The translations under genes and the position numbers were made by a program. The notes below the pieces were generated by a model. That model saw only the letters and a program-made list of their open reading frames with translations, made no database searches and was not told the DNA's origin. This document shows positions 25,801 through 39,100 of a DNA stretch of 64,000 bases, piece after piece. This stretch comes from Trichoplax sp. H2 (taxonomy: Eukaryota), in the NCBI GenBank assembly GCA_003344405.1, contig NOWV01000003.1, positions 1 to 64,000 of the forward strand, in the 5' to 3' direction. Within the stretch, counting starts at the first letter, position 1, and each line of letters starts with the position of its first letter.

Positions 25801-26804
25801 ATAGGAAAACTAATAAAATGGAATCTCGCTGCATAGCTAGGGAAAATCAAGTCATTCTTCAAACTGTTCGGGGTCTCAAAGATATCGGATTACAAGGTAC
25901 CGATGTCTAAATGACAAAAAAGATTCCTATATATTAAGTGAAAGTGCATTCAGAATGTGATCATGCAGTGGACAAACGATCTCACTGAAGATTAGTATAA
26001 TAAATGAATTTTTAGAATCCCAGGAAAAGAATGAGAAAAATCGAACCCAAATATTACGTGAATCTTATGCTAAACCTCAATCAATCAGTGGCAGCAGTCA
26101 TATCGATAGAGCAATTGATAGCAAAGTGCTAACAGCTAATGTAATTTCGGTAAGACTACAGGTTCTTCTCTTGATATCCAAGTTAATTCTGCAATACCTT
26201 TCCATGAACATTTGTTACATTTTATTTCGTAGACGGTACCGGTAATACTGTATTACTTAATTTAATTTCTAGTCTAAACCCTTCCATTATTCCTTCAAAT
26301 CATCGGAGCTGCCTAACCCACGAAATAGTATAGAAAAGTTCGAACACATTACAAGACTACCTGATGTCACTCTTAATGTACGTATGCCTTTCATTATTCT
26401 CAGTACAATATTCGTGCCCATGACAATGTTAGTAAAATTGCTTTCTTCGACTGTTTGGACTTTGGATCCCATTCTTGACTTCTAATCAACTTAATAAACA
26501 ATGATTCAGAACAAGAATGTGGCAAAATGTTCGATTTGTAACAAGAAATTAGGATTATCTAATACGTTTGATTGCAGGTAGTTCTTAAAAGAATTATATC
26601 TATCCCATTTATTTATAGATAGTAAAGATATTTGATTAATATTACTTTTGAATACATATAATATTTAGATGTGGTCGTGTCTTCTGTTCGCGTCATCGTT
26701 ACGCAGAAGTTCATAATTGCTCCTTTGATTACAAATCTGACGGACGAAAAATTCTTGAAGAAAAGAATCCTACAGTTACGGCCCCGAAACTCCCTAAGAT
26801 TTAG
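22888..26804 (+). CDS. ZFAND4: AN1-type zinc finger protein 4 (ubiquitin-like domain plus AN1 finger; ANUBL1)
   Basis: MELYVETLTGIAFELRVSPYETIIDVKAKIQKFEG|IPISQQHLLWKSIELEDDYCLIDY|RITNGSTLQLVLSMRCGPINTKR. C-terminus KCSICNKKLGLSNTFDC|RCGRVFCSRHRYAEVHNCSFDYKSDGRKILEEKNPTVTAPKLPKI*, TAG at 26802-26804. Confidence 0.93.
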
Positions 26805-27764
26805 TCAAAAGAATACAGTACATATGAAAATGCAAATATTTAAATATGTATGATGGCATGAAGACACTTAGTTGCTGTAGTTTATATGTGAGTGAGTCTT
26901 TCTTCAAGGCTCAATTTCACAATTGATTCTTTATAGTTAATTTCAAAGTTTACATAACAGGTTGCATAACCTTACTTTAAATTGAAAATGTGTCTACCCC
27001 TAAATGTGATAGCATGAAACTCTTCTACACCACGATGTACAGTGTAATCTAAAATCTGCATTGATAGCTCAGTCTTTTTAGAAATTCGCATCTTGCTGTA
27101 GCTCTTTAATTCGTTTTTTTAATAAATTTATAATGCTTATCATCAGCTTTCGTAAATATTGGCCAGAATATTAAGTAAAAGCCTTTTCTTTTACACAATT
27201 ATATGTATATACGTACATACTATATTTATCTTCGCTCTACTTAAAATTCGGAATAATCGAAAAATCTAAAATTGTATTTCTATCGATTCTTACTACTCAT
27301 CATAACTGAAGACCTTCTTAAGAATTATCATATTTCATACACAAAATACGCTGTTACGTGAAACTAATTTTTCGACCAGGTGTACCTCGTATAATTTCTT
27401 GGACGTATTATTTGTTTAGGACTGCATCCATACTCATGAAGCTATGCCATAGCTTCACCAGCTGTATATCTTGTTTATAAGTAATTAAAAAATAAAATTT
27501 AGTCTGTGCAAAATTGAAATTATCGAAGATACAGTATAATTGCTCGAGTGATCTAGACATTATGGTTTTTCTTTTGTCCACACATGATAGGTTGCAAGTT
27601 TCTTTATTCTCACGACAGAGAGAGCTTCGCCAGCGTAAAAGAAATCTAGATACATATTCCGTGGAGAGATGACGAAGGTTGCTAATAGAAGCCCCAAAAA
27701 TGTAGAGGACGTAAACTTGTCGTTTATTCTTACTGTGGTACAAAGCTACCGTAAATAAATAACA

Positions 27765-27838
27765 CTAGTGCAAACTCCCGTCGCTTTGCTGACGGTTTAC
27801 GATAATGTGCTCATTTAACAGATAGTATTACCATTTGA
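27765..27838 (-). mobile_element. Short non-autonomous Helitron-like element
   Basis: Minus strand reads A|TC...hairpin CCGTCAGCAAAGCGACGG-GAGTTTGCA-CTAG|T, giving 5'-TC, 3'-CTAG and an A/T insertion site with no TSD. Confidence 0.6.
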
Positions 27839-28320
27839 TAGACCTGTCAGAGGTTCAATAACTTTATACCGTGTACTGTACAGTATGCTGTACAAATGTA
27901 CGGTACAGCACTACATATTAAGTTCTGTTACTACTGTACTCGCTACTTTCTCCCCTCCTCCCTCCCCCCCCCCTCCCCCCTCTCAAAAAAAAATTCGCTA
28001 ATTTTGCCCCTAAAATAAAAAGAACGCTCTCTTATCCAAGGACTTTTCACTTCAACTAAGATACAGTACTATTAACTATCAGTAAAATATTAGGTACATT
28101 CACACAAACACATCCTTCTTTGATACAATTTCACAAAATGCACTCACCGACTCACGTTTTGCGAGTCTCTATCAATGAACATATCATTATCGTAAGCCCA
28201 TCGGAAACTCACTAGAAAGCTAAATAAGGTTAGTTTTAGACCGTTTTGAAGATCTATAAACATAACACAAACTACTGTACATAGTAAATACTGTACTAAG
28301 AAAGTAAGAGAAACAAATTA

Positions 28321-28386
28321 AGGGAGTTCTCGATAAAAATCAATATTTTGATTTTATTTTTTTTTGATTTTCATCGAGAAGTCCCT
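28321..28386. mobile_element. 66-bp inverted-repeat element (possible internally deleted TIR transposon/MITE)
   Basis: AGGGAGTTCTCGATAAAAATCAA (28321-28343) pairs with TTGATTTTCATCGAGAAGTCCCT (28364-28386) at 21/23 positions. Left junction reads TTAA|GGG. Confidence 0.5.
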
Positions 28387-28389
28387 GAC

Positions 28390-29260
28390 AGTATAGTACA
28401 GTACTGTATTAGCTAAAACCATAGAGGTAAAGAGGGTTTCTTTTACCGCTATGGCTAAACAATTAAATGTTGGCGTCGATAGAGTACAGTACTTTGTACT
28501 GTGAGTTGACCCGTTAAAAGAGCTTTCACTAAAGTACTGTACAGTACAATTGAGTTAACATTTTGCTGACCTTGCATTACTGTACGGTACTGTACAGTAC
28601 AGTGTACAGTACCGTAAATCCTCCTCTGCTGACTGTACTGTACTGTACGATAAATAAATAATTGTTAGAAATCCGTAAGTGTACTGTACTGTACAGTACA
28701 GTATGCAGTGACTGCAGTCAGTGCAGTACCGGTTTTGCATTGGAAAAGCTGTACGAAAAGATGGCTACAGAAATAGATAAATGGATCGAGATTTCGCGGG
28801 ATTGTAAATATCTCCCGGAAAATGATTTGAAGGTAATAAATCACTGATTAATTACAGTACAATCATAATCTAGATCAACTTGATCCCATAGCTTTGATTG
28901 CTTTATTAAAATTTGTTGGAATATTTTAGATAATTTACACGTACTGTAATAAACGCAAGTAACAAAGGTACTGTACTGTACAGTCACAGACTATGGACAC
29001 TGTATGATACCCGGTACTGTACTGTACATTTATTTTTTTTTTTTAAATTGCGTTGCCTCACCTTAATAATAAAAGCAGTACGAGTATAATACGTCCTAAA
29101 TCCTCAGATCACGCAAATATCATTGAATCACTACAGTTATGACTTGTGAGCGAACTTTTACTTATATCTTATCATTAGCAACTTTATCGGTAACTTCTAA
29201 ACGGCTGATGCTCTCACTGACATACTGTACTGTACAGTGTACAGTGTACACGTACTTTTA
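28390..29260. repeat. TA(CAG/CTG)TA stacks around the PPP6C start and first intron
   Basis: For example TACTGTACGGTACTGTACAGTACAGTGTACAGTACCGTA at ~28578-28616. Confidence 0.8.
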
Positions 29261-31341
29261 AGTTTGTTCGGGTTAACTAATTATTGTCACCTGAAGTGAA
29301 ATAGACTGTTATCTTATTTATTTGCTAATTGTAAGAATTTTTGTCATGAATACTTAGTAGCATATGATTTTATCTGCAGCATTCAAGTATTGATTCACCA
29401 TAGCATACACTGGTGTCAAATGACATGCGGTAAAGTCTACTTATTCATTAATGAATTAATTATATTGTCGATTTAGAAATTGTGCGATTTAGTATGCGAT
29501 CTGTTATTGGAAGAGTCAAATGTGCAACCTGTTTCTACACCAGTAACAGTTTGTGGTGACATTCATGGACAGGTAGATAACTGTAATTTCTCAAGCTCGT
29601 GTAAAAGTATATATCGCATTCGTTGTTTATCAAGTTACTTCAAATTTGTTGTAATACTGTTCCCATTAGTTTTACGATCTAGAAGAACTTTTTCGAACTG
29701 GAGGTCAGATTCCAGAGACAAGCTATATATTTATGGTAACTTTCAGAAAGACTATCTCATGTGATTTATAATTACAAAAATTGCAGCAAGATTGACACGA
29801 ATTACAAACTATTTTGGTCTAAACGATTTATTAAAATGTAGAAAATTTTCCAAGTACCAGATTATAACTTACCGCTACGGATTATTTAATATTCGAATAA
29901 ACAATTTAGGGCGACTTTGTAGATCGCGGATACTATAGTCTGGAAACGTTTACACGACTTTTGGCCCTGAAGGCGAAGTAAAATTAAAATTATGTTATAG
30001 CATTTGTGTATGCTTGCTAATTAATGTAAAATGTAATAAGCGTAAAGTATTGAAATAAGAGCAAATGATAAACTAATGTCATCTAATCTTTGTCTTGGTC
30101 TTTTTTATTACTTACATTAATTACGTAAGATGGCCGGACAAGATTACCCTTCTACGCGGAAATCATGAAAGTAGACAAATAACTCAAGTGTATGGATTCT
30201 ATGGTAAAAAAAGCTAGTTTTAAGGATTACCAGTGCACAGCTTGCTCACTTATAGTTTCTAATCTGTTGCAGACGAATGCCAGAATAAGTATGGAAACGT
30301 TAACGCTTGGCGTTATTGCACTAGAGTATTTGATTTGCTAACAATTGCAGCGGTAAGGCTAGATAACATAAACGACATTAGAGTGTTACCGTAGTAAACG
30401 TGCGACATCACGATTTGCTGTTATTAATGAAGTTGCAATCAGCTATAATATTTCCAAACTTTCCTTAGATAATCGATGAACAAATTCTATGTGTTCATGG
30501 CGGATTATCCCCTGACATTAAAACTCTAGATCAAGTAAGATGCGTTCCTTAGTAACAATAACCAGTGGCGTTTTACAGTATATAGTTGACAAAGTTATTG
30601 AACTTATAGATTAGAACTATCGACAGGAATATGGAAATACCACACAGCGGAGCATTTTGTGATATCCTTTTAAATAACTTTTTGTGTGAGATGTACTACA
30701 GTAAGACAGAACTCTAAAAACTCTCTTATGTATAGCTGAAATTCAGTCTTTTGTTACATTGATGCCATATTCTACAGACCTCCTTAACTCTATGCAAATT
30801 TAGTATGGTCAGATCCTGAAGAAGTTGATACCTGGGCTGTAAGTCCTCGAGGCGCTGGATGGCTTTTCGGAGCCAAGGTTACTAATGAGGTATGTCTGAA
30901 GTCATAGAAATTGACTGTTAAATATTTTAAACTACAAAACTATTCCAACTAGATGCTTGGAATATCTAGTAGAATATATACTTATAAATGTATTGTAAAT
31001 TCAAATTCTTTGCTTTTGTAACTACTGTATGTTATTTTATCGATTTAGACGCTTTGCTTAGCTGACATTTTTTGCGTCTATGTATTTCTTAGTTCATCCA
31101 TCTCAATAATCTAACTCTCATTTGCCGCGCTCATCAACTGGTTCATGAAGGCTACAAATTTATGTTTGACGACAAACTCGTTACAGTCTGGTCGGCTCCA
31201 AATTATTGCTACAGATGCGGAAATATTGCTTCCATATTGACTTTTAGCGACGCTACGTCTTATCAACCTAAATTGTTTAGGGCGGTTCCAGATGAAAGCC
31301 GAATAATCCCGGCCCGAATAACCACTCCTTACTTTTTATGA
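28761..31341 (+). CDS. PPP6C: Serine/threonine-protein phosphatase 6 catalytic subunit
   Basis: [125 protein letters not shown]...[15 protein letters not shown]...TTPYFL*. TGA at 31339-31341. Confidence 0.97.
30662..30797 (+). other. U12-type (minor spliceosome) intron with AT-AA termini in PPP6C
   Basis: 5' site ATATCCTTT at 30662 and branch site TCCTTAAC at 30781-30788. Removing 30662-30797 restores GAFCDLVWSDPE. Confidence 0.85.
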
Positions 31342-31956
31342 GTAGGACTTCTTGGCACTTTCTTTTGTCAAGTGATGTAACATTACCAATATAGAAGATT
31401 TAGATCATTGCAGACATTACTGAGAATAATCAACTATTATCGCTTACTAAATTGAGTCAGCTATTATGAGAAACGTGTTAATTCTTAAATGTTAAGAACA
31501 AAGCTAAGTTCTATATCTTAGATCTAATATTAGTAATGAATGCAGGGCTTATATCAGGTCCGGATAAGTAATTAATCATGTCATTGTTTGCCAAACTTTG
31601 ACATATTCACCCCTTTTTGCATTTATTTCTTAACGATTAAGAAAATAAAAAAGCTGATGATCTTAACAAACTTACGGATCGTGTTAAAACTTTGCAGTAT
31701 CATTCCGTGTGTAACTACAATTGACAGTAACGTTCCAAAACGTTAAAAATCTAGTTTTGCTTCTCTTCTGCTCTTCTTGAAATCTGAATCAAACTGAATT
31801 CTGTTATATTGATGCTAGATAAATGGATAATACCACAATTTGTACTAGAATTCATAGATTTCTGACATAGACTGGATGGTTATCACAGCGATAAAGACTG
31901 AGATAAATGTACACTGCACACACAGTATTATTAATTACTACTACCTGGGACTACTC

Positions 31957-32125
31957 AAATAAGATTTCCTAGGTCGAAAAGCCCGGTAACTAAAAATTTC
32001 TCCCTTATACTGATAAAGGCATGGACAATTCAACTAAGATTTCCCCTCCAAAAAAGCTAGTAACTAAGAATTTTCCCTTATAGTGAAAAAACTGCTGAAC
32101 TAAGATTTTCCCCTCAAAAAAGCCC
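31957..32125. repeat. Degenerate minisatellite with core AACTAAGA(A)TTT(T)CCCT, five copies in alternating A/B form
   Basis: Cores near 31958, 31988, 32032, 32062 and 32097. Confidence 0.6.
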
Positions 32126-33245
32126 ACAATATGCAGTTGCTTCATAAGTTGCTGTACAGTAATACAGTGTATGCTTAATTATTTCGTACTTTCAATATTA
32201 GTGCACTTCCTTGAAACAATAAAAAGTTAATTAAATTCTAAATTCTAATTTTAATCTGCCCGTATAATATATCCAAATTTATTTAATTTCATTCATTCCC
32301 GTTCCACACTGGTCTATGTCTACGTACAGAATCATGTTATTATGTACAGCGTATTTATCTAATTTTATCTCAACCTGTTCTGTAAAAATTTGGAAGAATT
32401 TAAGTTACTGACAGGTTAACGAAGAAGCATGGACTATAAAATTTTCACGTACATTGTTACTGTAGTATAGTAATACTATTAATAACATAAATGCAGGAAA
32501 TACGCCTCCATCAATGGATCAGTAACTCATATTTAGCAGTCTAGTTACTATCAACGATCAATCGCATGTCATAGGCCTCCATTTTTTATTTTTATTTTAC
32601 GCGCATAATACAGTACTATAAAGTTTATAGTGCTCATTATCACTTTTCAACAGTTCTTTTCTTTAAAACGGCTGTATTGACATCTTATTACCGTTCACAT
32701 TGTAATGACAGCGGCCATTACCTATTGACGATTGACTGTCCGTTCATTTTTATTCTGATAGTTGACATCACTACAGTCACCAATAAATGGCATTTCGTAT
32801 CATATAGAGTTTATTAGTTAAAACATCTTCTAAGTTGTTTCAAGCCAGCTTTATCTTGTAGCTAAGAAAAGTAGCTATTCTAGCCATTAAAAATTGAATT
32901 TCCTCAATTTAAGCCGTTAGCTACAGATCTGTATAATCGATTCACTATAGAATGACAACTCTAGAATGTATCAGAAATCCGCCAATCAGCATTGCCATTA
33001 CGTCATCATAACAATCCAGATAACCTCATGTATTCAAATACCGAAATTTAATAAATATTTAAATAAGCTATGAAATTCTAATAATGGTTAAGCAACCATC
33101 ATATTGCGACTGGCTCCATATGTTTATCTTACCGTTATAAATATAATCAAATCATCTGGTATCAATCACTAAATCAGACTATTTCAATGGATTACCCATA
33201 CATTGCAGCCAATTTTACTTCGATAAGATAATAAATGTCTTCTTT

Positions 33246-35021
33246 ATGATGTCGATTCTGTATAGTTCTGTTGCAAGAGGCTCCACGATTCTTGTAAGTC
33301 ATAAGAATGAAGAGAAGCGGCTAAGTAGGGATTTTGAATCTGTAATCTTGAGTATTCTGAAAAATATTCCTAAGGAAAATGGAAAGTATAGCTATAATGC
33401 TGAAGCTGATAGGTGAAAGTAAAATCCTCAAATTTTTTAGTCAATGTTTTCTTCTTATGATTGTCGATTACACTTGCTGAATTTTAAATTCATAATACAG
33501 TATTCATTACGACAAAGCGGCTACTGGCGGTCAAATATCAATTTCTTGTCTCCAAATCATATATGCCCAGACACTTCAGCTTATGGAATCATCTTAATTT
33601 TTTATCTTGACTTACAGTACGGCATTCCATGTTTTGGTTCATGATGAATTCACATATCTATGCCTGGCCATTGAAATGCTTTCACAAAGTATTGCGTATA
33701 ATTTCCTAAACGAGGTAACTAATCCGCAATTATTGTACCTTTATTGAGGAAATCTTTTAAAGTTGATTAAAACGGTATCATGTTAATGGTATTCATCAGA
33801 TTTTTCTATTCGTACTTCTTAATGTTAACGTAGATAATGTACTGTTAGCGGCATATCGTTTGCTCATATTCATACTTTAACAGTTTACTGTGTTCTGTTT
33901 ATAGATTCGAAATAGATTTCAGCCTGAACATTTTAGGAGACGCGCACTATCTGCAGGCCCAAATGGAATGAAACATATGTTTGGACATATTTTAGACAGT
34001 ATAACAGTATGACACTAATTGAAGTCTTTTATCCTGTACTCAGTAGATAGCGTTAGGTGTTTCATATTAATAAATTATTTAATTTAGCAAGAAAATTTTT
34101 ACAGTTAAAATTAAAAGGATTGACACATATTTTTTACCAACTACTTACTATCGGATTTAATGTAGGGTCATTACAATGCAATTTACAAAAACGAGGCTGG
34201 AGATAATGTCGACGAGGTCTTCGATAAAATTGAGGAGGTAAAGGACGTTATGACGGAAAACGTAGGTACGCTAATCTGTCCATCAATTGCTTTCCTTCAC
34301 GCTGCATGGCGACTCGTACGGAATGGTAGCGTTACGCTGTAGATACTAATATGGAACTATTTATTAAAATTCGCATAATTAGGTAAAGTTCTAGAGCGAG
34401 GAGAATGTCTAGATGCGCTCTTGATTAGAGCAGATGGTATAAAGCAGGATGTAAGTATCAAATTATATTGTAGTGTAGTACGTGCAAACGGTATGAATGA
34501 ATAGGTTGTCAGCTCCATTAAGTACATAATCCTCAGTAAATATGCCCCTTACATGACTGAATACAGTTTAAACTTATTACCTCTGAATTTCTGATTAAAA
34601 CTAAGAAAGTGATTCATGCTACACTCGTATTTTCCTTTATCTGTTATGCCGTAAACATATACAGTGCATTACTGTATCAAGATATTTTGCTATAACAGTA
34701 TAAGAATTACTGCGCAATTTTAAATATTTGAACCAAAATTAGAATTTGCTAATGATGTAACTATTATTAACAAATATTTAGTACACCTACATTATAATAA
34801 ATAATTTTGTCTTAATTTAAATTAAATAAATAATAAATCATTTTAAGGTAGGAATTCATTTTAAATTGTTGCTCTTCTTTCAGTCACTAATGTTTCAACG
34901 GATTTCACATCACGTCCAACGGAGAGAATGTCATCGAAATTATCGATTGTATATTTATGGCGGTCTAATACTATTCATTGTTATTGCGATCGTTATTATC
35001 ATCGTTGTTATCGTTAGATGA
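33246..35021 (+). CDS. VAMP7-like longin R-SNARE (divergent)
   Basis: Longin N-terminus MMSILYSSVARGSTILVSH...ILKNIPKENGKYSY...AFHVLVHDEFTYLCLA...YNFLNE|IRNRF. SNARE motif IEEVKDVMTENV|GKVLERGECLDALLIRAD. C-terminal TM helix LYIYGGLILFIVIAIVIIIVVIVR*. Confidence 0.85.
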
Positions 35022-36185
35022 CTTAAGACGACACTAATTATAATCAAAGTGATTTGCAGTAATTTGACTACGGATGATCAATACCATTCGTAACGATGAT
35101 TTGTCTTATCGCTACCTTATACTGTACAATATTTACGGTGAACGTACAGTAGAGATATTAAGTAACATGCTCGTTTAAAACAAAATCACCATATATTCCT
35201 TTGTCCATACATCCATAATAAAATTTAAACTATTCCTACAATCGCCACCATAGCATCTCGTTAAATTCCAACGCCACAATCGCACAAGTTTGGTCGGCAC
35301 AATTGGTTAAGTATCCCTAATATCGATTGCTAATTTGTTCACTGTTTCTTCAGATCTAGTATACGCGTATTTGTATTTAGCAGAAAACTTTAATAAAAAA
35401 TTAACCTGTCCATGATTTCAAATTAGACACCTATGATAAGTAATCATTATAAACAAAATTTATTTTTATTCATCATAAATTTCACTACACTAGAAAAGAA
35501 TTATGGCAGCATAAACCTGCCTGCGCTACGCAAGATTTACAAAATCATGGGATTTTTTATGGTGCCGAATATTATATTATAATAGTTTCCACAATACTGT
35601 ACAAAATTATCTGTAATTAATTTTTAAAAATTGATGCGTTAATAAATAAAGACAACTGTACTATTTTATAAAAAACAAACTTACAATTACAGCCATGTTC
35701 GATGCCCATTTAAAGTAGATGATCAGTTACAATTAATTATTTAATCGCTAAAGCATTAATATACTCATTGAATGGCTAGATAATAATTATATAAAATTGA
35801 TGTTCTTTGCAGCATGCTAATATTTTAAGCATATTCTGATCAAAAACATAGTACTATAGTATACATTAAACTTCATGACCCATACTCTAGTTGATTAACT
35901 GGTCTATTTTAATGGATCAATCATAATATGGCAAAAAATAACTTCAGCTGTTCATCAGATTTTCACAATAACTGCTTCACAAGGAATAGTTTGATTCATC
36001 TTGAAGGGTTGCTAATAAGGTCATCATGTTAATTTAGCACCAAAGTGTACAAAATTCACTTGCATCATTACGAAAACTATCAGAAACATTGGCTTGAAAT
36101 TATTTAATCCTATGGATTCATCCGGTAGTTGGACACTTTAACATTAAAATACGCAAGCTTCTAGTCCTCCATCCATTTAAATTTG

Positions 36186-39100
36186 CTACAAATTATCGGA
36201 TTTATGTTCGTCACTTTCAGCTGATTCTTTACGTTCTAAACGATAGAGCAGGTTAATGCCCATACTGGTACCTATAATTCCTAGTGCAAAATTTAAAATG
36301 ATCAATAAGATATATGATACTGCATAGGATATACATGCGTAACACATGTGATGTACACTATTTTCTGAAAAATCAATTTAACCTAGGATTCCTTACCATT
36401 TATGACAGGCTTTTGATGTGTTAAGCTCAAGCGCTTGTTATTAGTTCCGGGTGACTTAAACTCACCGAAAGGCTGATAACAATAGCAATAATACAATTAT
36501 CATTTCTTGAATTAATTTTATTGAACATGTACAGTATTTACACACTATACAGTATTCAATATTACTAGTGCAGAAATATACATCTCATATTTTAGTTATC
36601 TAATATAAGAAATCATGCTTTATTTACCTTAGTACTTTGGGTAGAACTTGGCCTGGAATCGTGGGCTAAATGCTTACCGGAAACAAAAGATTTTCTCAAT
36701 TCTTCAGTAGATTCGGATTTTACAGTTCCAAAATCAGAATTCTTTGTATTTAGCTTGATACTAGATGTAGGAATATTGTTTCTTTCAGTAATTTTTTCAA
36801 TTGGAGGTAAAGCGACTGACTTCAGGTTCCTGAATATGTAATTATACCACCGAATTAGCACCCTCATAACATCTGCTGGACAGTAAAAGTAATTAACGAA
36901 TACCAAAATGCAGATACGGTAGAGTTTGTATCTTTGGAATTGGCTACGCTCGAAATGGAGTTGTTTGGAAGAACTGCAACGTGGCGGCTACCAGATCCTA
37001 TATTATGATAATATTGTCCTACTTTATTACCGCGAATAATACCACTGATTGATACCGAACTAGATAAGACATTGCTGTTATTTGGCGGGGTTTTAGCTTG
37101 TTCAATGGGGGATAACTTTCTAGGAGGCTTTGCAGATGCTAGTCTGCTGACAGTTACAGGTGTATAACCCACACCGGTTTTGGTCTTGCCATTAGATATA
37201 TTACTGTATTGACTTGAATCCGGACGATGCTGCATAAAAAAATAAAAATACTGTATTGAATGTGATATTAATGCTACTGTATAGCATAAGCATTGAGTAC
37301 CTGAAGCAAAGGCGTTCGTAGTCTTGCGTCATAAGCTCTATAGAGTAAACATACCATAGATTAGCTATTAGCTCTGTTAATTTTGCACTGCAATTACAAT
37401 GGTGACAATTTCGGTAATGTGTGTGTACCGTTACAAAATACTTACACTGCAGATGCAGTAGTTGCACGCCGTCTAGGTGCCAGAGATCGTATAGTCATCA
37501 CTCCGTGTAGAGTTTCGTAATCAGTAGAAACAGAATTATTACTTAATGACATCGCAATTCCGGTTCTTAGGCGGCCCTAGTATAAAAACTCAAAGATCTT
37601 AATTTTTATGTTATCCCAAGGCACAGGTTACGCAATTTAACAATACCTGATGCATAGCGTGATTGTAGCTTTTCAACATTGGTGTCGCGGGTTCGTACCC
37701 AATACCTTCCGTGGCTACCAATTTCCCTAGGAAAGAAATTAGAATTTAACGCGGAAAGCGCTATAGAACCATTTATGTTATAAACAATATTTGCAATACT
37801 TTTCACAGATGAGTAACTATGGATACGCGATACAGGTGTACAACCACCATTCTCGCTGCTACGTTCATGTAGTATACTGAAAAGATCTCTTAACCAAATT
37901 ACTATGTCGCTCCAAATACAATTCATGATATGGCTAATGATAGAATCTTGTGCGCAAGCATCTGGCGTTACCGGAGGAATACCATGTCTACTGCGACGTA
38001 GTAACTCTTTCGCATCAGTTTCCCTACAAAATCAAGATATGAATTTAAAACCATGCCTATGATAAGCGATCATAGTTTAAAATCTTAATCATAATTGTTA
38101 ATATTATTATTATCATTATTAGTAGTAGTAGTAGTTATACCAGCTATCATAGGCTAGGTATTCTTGCACTTCTCCATCACTTGCAAATATCTCTTGAATG
38201 ATTCAATGAAAAAAGTAACATCGTTCGAAAATTAAAGGATTAGATTTTAACAGGCATTTATTATTCGTAAAATTTTATAGAATTTCCAACCTTGAGCATA
38301 CCAGCAGATATTGCATTCCTACAAGTTCTTACCTGCACCGGAATTTATATTGATTTGCTCATCCCCAGATGCTAAATCGACATGATGGCCAAGCACATAT
38401 AAATCTCGCAGCTTAATTTTATTAAGGTCGACATCTATATTTAAATTATCATCGGTTAATAACTCCTTCCCATTATCCACAACGTTCACATTACTGTTAC
38501 TTGAACTTTCTATTAGTGTCGGCATTATTTGTTTTCCTGTCACCCTACCACGAATACATTTAAAACATGATACCATAATCTATCGCCTACACGTATTAAT
38601 TATCAAGAAGCAGATAACGTTTGAAGCACTCCTTACCTAATATGAGGAAATGCTGTTTTCCAAGATTTGCATTCATTCCTTGAGTCCTCACTCACAATGT
38701 CTGCTTACGGTATTTTTTTAATTTAAAATTTTTAGGAAAATTCAGACATTGGGACTGATTAACGTTCTCAACTACTGTAATATTTAATACTGTACCACGA
38801 TTGAATAAGTAATTTTCATTTAAGCCTTTAAAAGTACTCTCTTCTACTTAAACTAACTACCTTCAAGAAAATCATTCGCATGTACGCTGTACAGTATTGC
38901 AAAATCTTATAACCTCGCAAAGCACGACTAAATAATTTCTCTTATACGTATCCAAGAATTTAAAGTTTAGCTGCATGGAAGCAATAAATTCCAGTAGGAA
39001 AATGTCACTGTTTCGGACTAAACTCTTGATAATTCATAATCTCACCTGCTTTAGAAGCTGCTTCTCCATATAAAGAACTTTCAAAATCAGAGAATAGCTG

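Noticed and set aside
27408..27743. 111-aa minus-strand ORF
   Set aside because: Non-ATG start, no recognisable domain and no supporting exon structure.
30778..30803. AG acceptor at 30776-30777 giving CDLL in PPP6C
   Set aside because: It reads on to NSMQI and a stop, and it would include the U12 branch site in the exon.
31957..32125. CRISPR-like repeat/spacer array
   Set aside because: The repeats are degenerate, the spacers resemble each other, the context is eukaryotic, and there are no cas genes.
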